Positions 11,201-19,888 of a stretch of 53,243 nucleotides of DNA are shown here, one piece after another. The notes beneath the pieces are model-generated. The model did no database searches, was not told the origin of the DNA, and was given only the letters and a program-made list of their open reading frames with translations. This DNA is from Roseibacillus sp. (GTDB lineage Bacteria; Verrucomicrobiota; Verrucomicrobiia; Verrucomicrobiales; Akkermansiaceae), in assembly GCA_965242925.1 (NCBI GenBank), contig CBDEUM010000017.1:1-53243 (forward strand), given 5' to 3'. Both the position numbers and the translations under genes were made by a program. Numbering within the stretch: position 1 is the first letter of the stretch; every line of letters begins with the position of its first letter.

Positions 11201-13451
11201 GAACTGGTATGCCACCTACAACAGGGTCTCTGATGATGGGAAGTGGTATTATCACAGCTGGGATCCCGAGCACTGCATGGAAAACACCAACTATGATGCA
11301 ACAGGCAAGGACAATTCAGGAGGACCGACCGAGGTGTTCCGCAACCTGATTGCCAACCCGGAGTTCCGCCTTCTCTTTGCCGACCGCGTCCACCAGCACT
11401 TCCACAACGACGGGGTGCTCACCCCGCAAAACGCCGCCGCCGCCTACATGCGGCGCGCCGATGCCGTTGATCCCCTGACCCGGATCGAGTCCGCGCGCTG
11501 GGGCGACAACGCCCGCAGCAATCCCTATACCCGTCTGGACTGGCTGCGCACGCGTGACCAGATGCTCGGCACCGCCAGCGGCGGCAGCCATGGCAACTTT
11601 TTCCCGAACCGCACCGGCATCGTTTTCAACCAGTTCCGTTCAAGGAACTGGTATCCCTCCACCGATGCGCCGGACTTCTCGCAGCACGGCGGAAATGTGC
11701 CTGCCGACTTCAAGCTGACGATAGCCAGTCCCGATGGCGGCACCATCTACTACACCCTTGACGGAAGTGACCCACGAACTGCAGCGCAGGCGGAAACTGT
11801 CACCAGGCATGTGCTCATTGCTGAAAACGCAACCAAGCGGGCAATCATGCCCACTGATTCCTCGCTTGATGCAAGCTGGTTCAGCAAGGATTTTGATGAC
11901 TCCTCATGGCCGAGCGGGACCCTTGGCGCCGGTTACGACAACGCCAGCACTTATGATGCCCTGATCGATCAGGCATTTGATTTCTCAGGCCAGGTGAACA
12001 GCGCCACAATGGAGACGGTATTCATGCGCATCGCATTCGATGTTACTGATTCCGACCTCTATGGCGCGATGACACTGAAGGTGCGCTATGATGACGGCTT
12101 CGTGGCTTACCTCAATGGCACCGAGATCGCCCGCGGCAACGCCGGAGGAAGCCCCGGCCAGCCACTGGCATTCGATGCCCGTTCCTCAGCAAGCCACAGT
12201 GATAATGATGCCGTGATATTCCTGCCCTTTCCGGTATCCCAGCACCTGGACCTGCTCCAGGACGGAAGCAACACCCTGGCAATCCACTGCCTTAATACCA
12301 GCGCCGGATCAAGCGACATGCTGATCAATGCCACCCTTGATGCCAGCGAAGGAATCGGGGGAGCCGCGGGCGGAGTCTCGCCCAGCGCAGCCGCCTACTC
12401 CGCCCCCGTGTCTCTGCCCAACCCTGAAACAACCGTCAGTGCACGCGTGTTCTCAGGCACCCAATGGTCGCCATTGACCCGTAGCACCTTCCTTGTCGAT
12501 ACCGAGCCCGCCGGAACAGGCAACCTTGTGATCTCCAAGATCCACTACCGCCCCTCGGCACCAAGTGAAGCAGAACTTGCCGCGGGGCATAACAACCGCA
12601 ACGACTTCGAATACATCGAATTGATGAACATCGGGACCAAAGCCATCAATTTGCACGGGGTGCGCTTCACGGAGGGATTGGAGTTCGCTTTCAGCCGGGG
12701 AGCAGTGCGCTCCCTCGACCCGGGCGAACGCGTTTTGATGGTCGAAAACGAGTCCGCTTTCGAGTTTCGCTACGGTGTCGGATTACCCGTGGCTGGCGAG
12801 TTCGCCTTCGAGACCGAACTCGATAATGCCGGCGAGCAACTCGTGCTCCAGGCGGCGGACGGATCCGAGATCCGCCACTTCGCCTATGACAATCAGGCTC
12901 CCTGGCCGGAGACGGCGGACGGGGATGGCTTTGCCTTGGTCCTGATCGATCCTGATTCCAATCCCGACCACGGACTGGCTGCCAGTTGGCGGGCGAGTTC
13001 CTCCCTCGAAGGAAACCCGGGCGCCGGTGATGGGATTAGTTTTTCCTCGTGGCAGGCACAGAACTTCACTCCCGCCGAAGCGGCCAATCCCGCCCTTGGC
13101 GGAATGCTGGGAAATCCCGAGGGCGATCTGACCCTCAACCTGGAGGAGTTTCTTTATGGGGGTGATCCGAAAGAAAACGACTCGGCTGAGATTCTTCCCT
13201 TTGTCACGGCGGAGCAGATCGCAAATGAAACTTATGCCGTGGTAAACGTGCGGGTGGATACTGCCTCCGTGGGGGTGGCTTGGGAGATTACCTCCTCCGT
13301 CGATGGGACGGTGTGGTCATCGATGAGCCTCGTCGAATTGCAGGCGGTGGATCTCGGAAATGGAATTCTGCTGAAGCGATTCAGAATGTCTGTTCCGTTG
13401 CCGGACCCAGGCGCCTCGAGGCGTTTGTTCCGTGTCGAACTGGACGGCTGA
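8283..13451 (+). CDS. Giant secreted protein: TSP3-like DxDGDG Ca-binding repeats, lamin-tail domains, FN3/chitobiase C-terminal domain, CotH-like kinase, Verrucomicrobial C-terminal domain
   Basis: Signal peptide; repeated ADSDGDGLDDG; LLINEFMADN...DWIELWN and LVISKIHY...FEYIELMN (LTD); IYTLDGT-P; CotH-like LYINGILWGITELHERPD, GNSDW and WDPE. Confidence 0.85.
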   Translation: MLPPTRHFWRLRFAARLLSSLLIASAGMVSAAVTTFNYTQADSLTGSGTIAAPAESIVGGVTITWTETQMPQASVRDAAGSGSLGGAVGGFNTQVGNNGGNGEDVAIYWNSSALTTSGASTAEPVSVDILGSGSDGNSYSVAVPLVFFGDNVLPDENFPGWGTNDYRWRLEYGDILGTNPGGSPRTAMWLSPTFALTVGGRQQRYTQNTNALNGVLTNTDTSSGAEKDAFDQNGNTTATAAIGQPLEFGFGWRDNGSLTGGPVLVDNFNVQGLLEFDEADIALVNPGGLDGDELPDPWELTYFPNLNQTEDDDAEPDGLTNGQEFNLGTNPILADTDGDELSDGDEFNQYGTDPALADSDGDGLDDGEEINGDPATNPLAADSDGDGLDDGPEVLTYDTDPTDADSDGDGYNDGMEVASGSNPNDSDSTPPFPTLDALLINEFMADNSSILIDSDGDSPDWIELWNPGSSPVSLAGHYLTDNPATPGKWALPSITLQPNQFLLIFASGKDRIGPGAELHTDFKLDRSTGSHLALTRENGDGTFLAVSAFALYPKQIEDISYGTYGNDPPLSVGFFTNPTPGAANDPGAVDGFVADTSFTVDRGLYRNPFTTTITTPTPGATLIYTLDGTPPSIANGTRVTAPDNATPPSADIEITTTTTLRAMAVKAGFQSTNIDTHTFIFPADVLQQSNNSVPAHANWGHNGPDFAMDPEIVNHSNPEVRPTTADFLRVPSVSLVMDWNVMFGNGGIYIRGEGVDRPTSIEYINPEGDTNDPNSKRGFQVDGTVRIVGGSSTSRWKSDKLSMRLKFSPDLRYEFFGKERADRFDTLVLDHRLNNVWHYNRNSSQPDRAQYTHDQFPADLHNLMGGLSPEGRYCLLYINGILWGITELHERPDDNFAAEYLGGDNGDYDAMKHRTSTVIAGSNTNYNAMLALSRQDMTDQNSYEAVAGVVHIENFIAYMIANYYVGNSDWAQQNWYATYNRVSDDGKWYYHSWDPEHCMENTNYDATGKDNSGGPTEVFRNLIANPEFRLLFADRVHQHFHNDGVLTPQNAAAAYMRRADAVDPLTRIESARWGDNARSNPYTRLDWLRTRDQMLGTASGGSHGNFFPNRTGIVFNQFRSRNWYPSTDAPDFSQHGGNVPADFKLTIASPDGGTIYYTLDGSDPRTAAQAETVTRHVLIAENATKRAIMPTDSSLDASWFSKDFDDSSWPSGTLGAGYDNASTYDALIDQAFDFSGQVNSATMETVFMRIAFDVTDSDLYGAMTLKVRYDDGFVAYLNGTEIARGNAGGSPGQPLAFDARSSASHSDNDAVIFLPFPVSQHLDLLQDGSNTLAIHCLNTSAGSSDMLINATLDASEGIGGAAGGVSPSAAAYSAPVSLPNPETTVSARVFSGTQWSPLTRSTFLVDTEPAGTGNLVISKIHYRPSAPSEAELAAGHNNRNDFEYIELMNIGTKAINLHGVRFTEGLEFAFSRGAVRSLDPGERVLMVENESAFEFRYGVGLPVAGEFAFETELDNAGEQLVLQAADGSEIRHFAYDNQAPWPETADGDGFALVLIDPDSNPDHGLAASWRASSSLEGNPGAGDGISFSSWQAQNFTPAEAANPALGGMLGNPEGDLTLNLEEFLYGGDPKENDSAEILPFVTAEQIANETYAVVNVRVDTASVGVAWEITSSVDGTVWSSMSLVELQAVDLGNGILLKRFRMSVPLPDPGASRRLFRVELDG

Positions 13452-13551
13452 CTTGTATCGCAGGAGTTGAAGGAACAGGAAACTATCCCGGGGGATTGCT
13501 TCCCAGAATACAGATCGATACACTAATTGAGAAAAATCCTGTCTTATTAAT

Positions 13552-14631
13552 ATGAACACTTCCATTTCCCGCCGCCGCTTCCTTGCCACTTCCACAACTG
13601 CCGCAGCAGGCATCTCCATGCCGCAATTGCTCCTGGCCCGGAAAGACACCAAATCTCTTGTCATCGGCGAGGGCGAACACCGCTTTGAGGTCCAGCACGA
13701 CTGGGCGAAGTTGCCTGACAAGTTCACCTGGCAGACCACCCACAACGTGGCCGTGGATGCCGATGGACTGCTTTACGTGATCCATGAGGGTCACGCCAGC
13801 AAGAAGGATCACCCCTCCATCTTCGTCTTTGACCAGGAGGGAAAGTTCATCAGGTCCTTCGGCAGCCGTTTCCAGGGTGGCGGCCACGGCATTGAGGTGC
13901 GCACCGAGGGCAAGGAGCAGTTCCTCTATGTCTGTTCCTACCAACAGGTGAAGTCCTTTGCCAAGCTCACCCTCAAGGGTGAGACCGTGTGGGAGAAATA
14001 CGCGCCAATGGAAAGTGGTGTCTACAGGAAAGACGAGGACAAGGTGCGCGTGAAGCGCTGGGGCCGTGACGCCTTCATGCCGACCAATTTTGCCTTCCTT
14101 GACGACGGCGGCTTCCTGCTCGCCGACGGCTACGGGTCTTTCTACATCCACCGCTATGACAAGGATGCCAACTGGGTTTCCAAGTTCGGTGGACCGGGAG
14201 CCGGAGAGGGCAAGTTCAACACCCCCCACGGCATCTGGATTGACCGCCGCCCGGGACGCAAGGAGCAAATCGTGGTCTGCGACCGCGCCCACCACACCCT
14301 GCAGTATTTCACGATGGACGGGAAATACATCGAGACGCTCAAGGGTTACGGGCTGCCTGCCAATATCGACTCATGGAAGAATCTTCTGCTGGTGCCGGAA
14401 CTACATGCGCGGGTAACCCTGCTCAACGAAAAGAATGAGGTCGCCGCCCGCCTCGGGGACGATGTCGATGGCGTGGTGAAAAAGAAAAGTGTCAACCGTG
14501 GTAACGCCAAAACCTGGGTAAACGGAAAGTTCGTGCACCCACATGACGCCTGCTTTGACGCCCATGGCAATATCTTCGTCGCCGAGTGGGTCTCCACCGG
14601 CCGCATCACCCGCCTGCGCAGGTTAAGTTAG
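13552..14631 (+). CDS. Tat-exported NHL-repeat beta-propeller (peptidyl-alpha-hydroxyglycine lyase-like)
   Basis: SRRRFL Tat motif; THNVAVD, GGHGI, PTNFAF, ADGYGS, FNTPHGIWID and HPHDACFD. Confidence 0.85.
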   Translation: MNTSISRRRFLATSTTAAAGISMPQLLLARKDTKSLVIGEGEHRFEVQHDWAKLPDKFTWQTTHNVAVDADGLLYVIHEGHASKKDHPSIFVFDQEGKFIRSFGSRFQGGGHGIEVRTEGKEQFLYVCSYQQVKSFAKLTLKGETVWEKYAPMESGVYRKDEDKVRVKRWGRDAFMPTNFAFLDDGGFLLADGYGSFYIHRYDKDANWVSKFGGPGAGEGKFNTPHGIWIDRRPGRKEQIVVCDRAHHTLQYFTMDGKYIETLKGYGLPANIDSWKNLLLVPELHARVTLLNEKNEVAARLGDDVDGVVKKKSVNRGNAKTWVNGKFVHPHDACFDAHGNIFVAEWVSTGRITRLRRLS

Positions 14632-14773
14632 CACAGCCAGGCCACAGCATCTCCAATTCCCGGACATGGGAAAACCATCTGAAAACATCGATCACCGCAC
14701 AAGTCCCGGGAACGAGTGGTTTGCGGTGGACCCGCACCGTGCAGAACACCACAACGGCCAGCGCGCCATGGCG
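14630..14773. repeat. 144-bp direct repeat R1, copy 2
   Basis: Matches 8013-8156 and starts inside the NHL gene stop codon. Confidence 0.95.
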
Positions 14774-14914
14774 GCACCCCTCCCCTCTCCGGTTCCTCAT
14801 CCTCCTCGGGCCCCGGCCTGGACAAGGTGAATCCCGGCAGCACCCGGACCTTATTCCGGCTCAGGTAGTTCACCTTTGAAATACCTGATGACACCTTTCA
14901 GCTCCTCAGCGTGA

Positions 14915-15256
14915 TCAGGGTGTCTCACGTTTCCCCTGAAAGACGCACACAAAATACATTCCCTCGTCTCCTGCTTCCACCTTATGGAACACCCCATCTT
15001 CAATCAAGACCACCTCGCCGCCTTCAACGGGAAACTCATTTTCATCCAACCACATGGTACCGGAACCTTCCATGAACATATACACCTCTTCCTGGCCATC
15101 ATGCTTATGACCAGTGGTGCTTTTATTCGGGTTTAGTTTTGTCGAACTAACCACGAGATTCTCCAGGGAGGTGTTGTCTCTAACAAGATACCTGTCATCT
15201 TCCTTGACCACCTCACCCTCAATATTGGTGATGCTGACCTTTTCTGGATTTATCAT
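14915..15256 (-). CDS. Cupin domain protein (visibly AT-richer than its neighbours)
   Basis: Cupin motifs GHKHDGQEEVYMFMEGSG and GEVVLIEDGVFHKV; ATG at 15256. Confidence 0.85.
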   Translation of the reverse strand: MINPEKVSITNIEGEVVKEDDRYLVRDNTSLENLVVSSTKLNPNKSTTGHKHDGQEEVYMFMEGSGTMWLDENEFPVEGGEVVLIEDGVFHKVEAGDEGMYFVCVFQGKRETP

Positions 15257-15424
15257 CTCTCTCAATCTGGTTACCTGATTTACCGGAACCCGGAACGTCC
15301 AGGGGAATTGTCCGCCTCAAATCACATTCTCCTTTTTTCCGACTGCGCCCAACCCATAACCTGTCCTGGGTCCGATATCCATAACAATACAGTTGTGACA
15401 TCTGCGCATTCCCTCAAGAGAACT

Positions 15425-15463
15425 GGATCGCACCCACCTTCCCCGGAACAGCAACCTCCTGGC
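15425..15463. repeat. ~40-bp direct repeat R2, copy 2
   Basis: Matches 7216-7255. Confidence 0.7.
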
Positions 15464-15748
15464 GAAATTTCTTTCTCCAGTATTCCGGAATGAGCACGGT
15501 CGGGAGTGCCGCGGATCACTCCCCACTGTGCGGGGGCGATGGCGGAGCCGACCCCGGCCTCAACACCCTGATCCTCTACCCCTGTTCGCAGGCAGCCTTG
15601 GCCGATTGGTTGTGACCGGGAGCATGACACCTCCAGCAGGAGAAATACGCTGATCTTCCTGGCAGTGCGTTCGCACATTTCACCCCCGTTTCGCCGTTTG
15701 AAATTGCATTTTCCCCCGCACATCGCAGACTTCTTCCCCCTGCGCCGT

Positions 15749-18700
15749 ATGAGAATCCCCTCCTCGCTCCTCATTGCCACCTCTGCGTTCTCGTTCGTCG
15801 GAGCGGCCGCAGAAGATGTCCTTGAGAACGGTGATTTCGAGGCAGATGGTGGTTGGTCGGGTGGATTTACTACCTACAGCCTTGCGGACGACCTGTGGTA
15901 CACCGGACCAGCTCCCATGGGCACCGGTCCGACCTACGGTTGGGGTCCATCGCCCAGTTCGCCCCTGACCCAGGATATTGATCTCACCACCCGCTTCGCA
16001 ACCGCCGCCTTGGACTCCGGGGAGCTGGGGTTTGAATTCAGCGCCTGGCTGGCCGGCTATCACGTCGCCAGTGGCACGGATTACTCCCTCCTGACCTTGC
16101 AGTGGAAAGATGGGGAAAACGGTTCCCTCGGGACGGTGAGCTTCGACCCCGCCGACACCTCGGCGGGAGGTCATCCGGCGTGGTGGACCGGGTCTGCCAA
16201 CGACGCGGGAACAGCGGATCCCGCGGTGAGTCACAGCCTCACCAACTGGTCCCACTTTTCCCGCTCGGCCCATGTCCCGGCGGGCAGCCGCAGCGTGCTC
16301 GTAACCTGGCGTGGCGCCTCCTCCGGAGATTCCAACGGCAACGATTCCTACCTCGATGGTGCCACCCTCGACATCGGCACCAGCGGCGGCCCCTCCACTC
16401 TCAACGGCGCTCTCGATCCCCTCGCACGATCAGTCTCCCTTTCCTGGACTGCAGCGGATCCGGACCTGGACGCGACTGGCCTGACCGTTCTGCGGAACGG
16501 GACCCCGATCGCCACTCTCCCACTCACCGCCACTTCCTACCTCGACCATCCGCCCCTGCCTCTCCAAACCGCAACCACGATCGACTACATGGTGCAGGCT
16601 TACGGCGGAACAGAAGGCGAAAGCGCCCCCGCCACCACCACTTCAGTCTTCTGGAATCCGGGCGATCTCCACACCGATCTGGTAGCCTACTACCGCTTCG
16701 AGGGAAACAGCCGGGATCTCTCCAGCTCCCCGAATACGCACGACGGGACGGAGTTCGGCGAACCCAGGTTTCTCGGCGGCGGAATCTATGGACACGCCGT
16801 CACCTTCCGGGACCAGGCCTCGCCCACCCAGCTCATCCAATTCGGCCCCCATCCCGATTTCGATTTCGGCTCCAGCACGGATTTCACGGTGTCGTTCTGG
16901 TTCAGGCGCCTGGGCGAGATGGAGGACAACGAAGCGCTCGGCGGCGGCCCGACCGATGCCGCTCTGCTCACCAACAAGAACTGGAGCCGCGAAAACAATG
17001 CGGGATGGGGAATTTTCAGCACCAGCGACGGCGGGGTAAAATGGAACATTTCCGACGGATCCACCCACAGGAACTCCACCATCCGCAACGGGTTCGGCAC
17101 CGGCGGGGTGGCGGATGGCCGCTGGCACCACCTTGTCATCTCTCACAACCGCAGCGGCTCCGCCAAATTCTACATCGATGGATCCTACACGGGCGCCTCC
17201 TCAATCTCGGGACTGGGATCGATCAATTCCGGACTGCCGCTCACCCTCGGGGCAGACGGACGCAAACAACACCCGTGGGGCGGCGACCTGGACGAACTGG
17301 CCCTCTGGCGCCGCGAACTCGATTCAGAAGAGGTCGCGGTGGTCTTTAAAAGTTCCAGGCTCGGGCTTTCACTCACCGGAACCTCGATCGTGGACTCGGA
17401 CAGGGACGGCCTCGATGACAATTGGGAACTGGCATTCTTCGACAACCTGAGCCAGGGAGCCGACGATGACTTCGAATCGGACGGCCGCAGCAACCTGCTC
17501 GAGTACTCCACGGGAGGAAACCCCACCACGACGGGTGACCTGGCCGAAACCCGCTTCACAACCGAGAACATCGGCGGCGAGGACTACGCCGTCCTTCACT
17601 ACACCCGCCCGCTCCTGAATGGTGCCATCGAATACGTCCCCCAGGCCGCCACCGACCTGACATCGTGGACCGGCGGCGAGGGGAAATTCTTTCCCCATGG
17701 CGCACCGACCGACTTGCCCAACGGCATGCGCGAACATCACCTCCGCTACCACCTTCCCATTTCGCGGGTGGGAGACCACAAGTTCTTCCGCATCCGGATG
17801 AGCGCCCGTTATCAGGCTGCCCATTCCCTGGAGATCGAGCCCACCGTGGAGTTCCGCAGCGGGCAGGCCATCATCCGCTGGATTACCGACGCCCCAACCG
17901 TGACCGTGCTCGACTACGGGACAGACGGCCAGACCCACTCGCGTTACGAGCACTACGAACTCACCACCACACACGAGGTGGTCATCGACGGGGTGGAGCC
18001 CGGAGACATCCTCGCCTACGCGGCAATCCACATCGTTGACGGAGCGGAGTCGCGTTCCAACACGTTCACCACGACGAGGGCGTGGGACTACAGCCCCCCC
18101 GCCATTCCAGCCCACAACCTTGGAGCAACCCCGGCCCCATGGCCCGGTCACGCCAGCTCCATCCTTGCCCTCCCCGCCACACCGAGCCGCGGCTATTGTC
18201 TCGACTATGACTGCGGGAGCGGGGAACTGGCCTACGAATTGGCGGCCCAGAGCGAACTGGTAATCGCCGCAGTCGCAAAAACACAGGCAGACGCCGATGC
18301 CGCTCGAGCCTTCCTGCAGGCGCGCGGGGTCTATGGGTCCCGGGTCACGGTCTTTCTCGAAGAAGACTCCATCCCGTTTAATCCCAACACCTTCAACCTG
18401 ATTGTCTCCGCCGACAATATCGGCGGCGGAGCATCCCTGACAACCCTCCGGCCTGCCCTCGAAAGTCACCTGGTTCCCGCCCGCGGCATTCTGGCTGGCA
18501 GGGTCGAGAACCCCGGCCAGGCCGCCGGATACACCACTCACAGCAAACCGGAGCCACCCGGTTACGGATCGTGGACGCACCAGTATGGAGACCCCGAAGG
18601 GTCCGCTTCGTCTGGCGACACCCTTTCGGGAGCAACCAAAATCAGCGATTTTGGCCTGCAATGGATCGGCCGGCCGGGGCCGGAAATCGTGATCGACCGC

Positions 18701-19888
18701 GCCGTGCGCACCCAGGCTCCCCTCGCCACCAACGGCCGCTTCTACTGCCAGGGAATGGGACGCATTCTCTGTCTCGACTCCCACAATGGATCCGTTCTCT
18801 GGACCCGCGACGTGAGCGATCTCAATCGCCTCAACCTGATCCGCGACTCGGGCAACATGTGCGCCGACGACGACGGGCTCTGGCTGGCGGTGCGCGGCGA
18901 GTGCTGGAAACTGGCCGGCGACCACGGTGAGCGCACCGTTTACAAGGTCGAACCGGGACCCAGTCCCGACTTTGATTACCACTGGGGATACGTCGGCCGG
19001 AGCGGTGACCAACTCCTCGGCTCCGCCACCAAATACGATGCGGCCTACAAGAGTTTCTGGGGACAGGAATACTGGTTCGATGCCCAGAGCGGCACGCAGA
19101 CCCACATGGTGGTGGCCGACAATCTCTTCTCCCTGGACAAGGATACCGGCATCCTGCAATGGCTCTACCAGGAGGGCCTGATCCTGAATTCCACGATCAC
19201 GGTCGCAGACGGGAAGATCTTCTTCCTGGAGTGCCGGGACGCCACCGTGGCCGCCGATGACATCCGCCGACTCCCGGTGAGCTCCTGGAAATCGAACGTC
19301 CACCTCGTTTGCCTCGATCAAGCCACCGGGCAGGTCCTCTGGGATAAAACGCCCTCCTTCACCGGCGGTGAGCCCACCGTCTGGCTGCAGTATGGCAATC
19401 GGCGCCTGATCCTGACCGGCAGCAACCAGAGCAACGACACCGTCAACATTTACGCCCTCGATCCCACCAACGGGGACCCCATCTGGGACAAGTCACACGG
19501 ATGGCGCTCGAGCCACCACGGCGGGAACCACCAGCACCCGGTCATCATGGGTGACCAGTTCTACCTCGAACCGCACCGCTACAGCCTCACGACCGGACGG
19601 ATCACTGGAAACAATATCATGCCGACCCGTAACGGTTGCTCAACCTTTGTAGGGGCGAGAAGCTCACTCTTCTACCGCGGCGTCGCAAACAGCGGCCAAT
19701 ACGCCGGCAGCATCGCGATGTGGAACCCGAGATCCAGAAGCACAACTGCTGTCAGCCGGGTGCGCCCCGCCTGCTGGATTTCGTGGACTCCCTCGCAGGG
19801 TATGATCCTCGTGCAGGAGAAAGGAGCGGGATGTTCCTGCGGCTCCTGGATGGAAACTTCCTTCGGTCTCGCCCCCCTCGCCCCGTGA
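15749..19888 (+). CDS. Secreted multidomain protein: CBM-like N-domain, LamG jelly-roll, internal Verrucomicrobial C-terminal-type domain, class I SAM-methyltransferase-like domain, PQQ-like beta-propeller
   Basis: Signal MRIPSSLLIATSAFSFVGAAA; LamG motifs LVAYYRFEGN, DFTVSFWF, DGRWHHL and GDLDELALW; MTase-like GYCLDYDCGSGELAYELA; propeller WTHQYGD and CLDSHNGSVLW; terminal RPACWIS and GAGCSC. Confidence 0.8.
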   Translation: MRIPSSLLIATSAFSFVGAAAEDVLENGDFEADGGWSGGFTTYSLADDLWYTGPAPMGTGPTYGWGPSPSSPLTQDIDLTTRFATAALDSGELGFEFSAWLAGYHVASGTDYSLLTLQWKDGENGSLGTVSFDPADTSAGGHPAWWTGSANDAGTADPAVSHSLTNWSHFSRSAHVPAGSRSVLVTWRGASSGDSNGNDSYLDGATLDIGTSGGPSTLNGALDPLARSVSLSWTAADPDLDATGLTVLRNGTPIATLPLTATSYLDHPPLPLQTATTIDYMVQAYGGTEGESAPATTTSVFWNPGDLHTDLVAYYRFEGNSRDLSSSPNTHDGTEFGEPRFLGGGIYGHAVTFRDQASPTQLIQFGPHPDFDFGSSTDFTVSFWFRRLGEMEDNEALGGGPTDAALLTNKNWSRENNAGWGIFSTSDGGVKWNISDGSTHRNSTIRNGFGTGGVADGRWHHLVISHNRSGSAKFYIDGSYTGASSISGLGSINSGLPLTLGADGRKQHPWGGDLDELALWRRELDSEEVAVVFKSSRLGLSLTGTSIVDSDRDGLDDNWELAFFDNLSQGADDDFESDGRSNLLEYSTGGNPTTTGDLAETRFTTENIGGEDYAVLHYTRPLLNGAIEYVPQAATDLTSWTGGEGKFFPHGAPTDLPNGMREHHLRYHLPISRVGDHKFFRIRMSARYQAAHSLEIEPTVEFRSGQAIIRWITDAPTVTVLDYGTDGQTHSRYEHYELTTTHEVVIDGVEPGDILAYAAIHIVDGAESRSNTFTTTRAWDYSPPAIPAHNLGATPAPWPGHASSILALPATPSRGYCLDYDCGSGELAYELAAQSELVIAAVAKTQADADAARAFLQARGVYGSRVTVFLEEDSIPFNPNTFNLIVSADNIGGGASLTTLRPALESHLVPARGILAGRVENPGQAAGYTTHSKPEPPGYGSWTHQYGDPEGSASSGDTLSGATKISDFGLQWIGRPGPEIVIDRAVRTQAPLATNGRFYCQGMGRILCLDSHNGSVLWTRDVSDLNRLNLIRDSGNMCADDDGLWLAVRGECWKLAGDHGERTVYKVEPGPSPDFDYHWGYVGRSGDQLLGSATKYDAAYKSFWGQEYWFDAQSGTQTHMVVADNLFSLDKDTGILQWLYQEGLILNSTITVADGKIFFLECRDATVAADDIRRLPVSSWKSNVHLVCLDQATGQVLWDKTPSFTGGEPTVWLQYGNRRLILTGSNQSNDTVNIYALDPTNGDPIWDKSHGWRSSHHGGNHQHPVIMGDQFYLEPHRYSLTTGRITGNNIMPTRNGCSTFVGARSSLFYRGVANSGQYAGSIAMWNPRSRSTTAVSRVRPACWISWTPSQGMILVQEKGAGCSCGSWMETSFGLAPLAP

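Noticed and set aside
14622..14773. GTTAAGT (GTTRRRY) next to repeat R1 suggesting an integron attC site
   Set aside because: No matching RYYYAAC/L-box structure was found, there is no intI, and the motif is absent beside copy 1.
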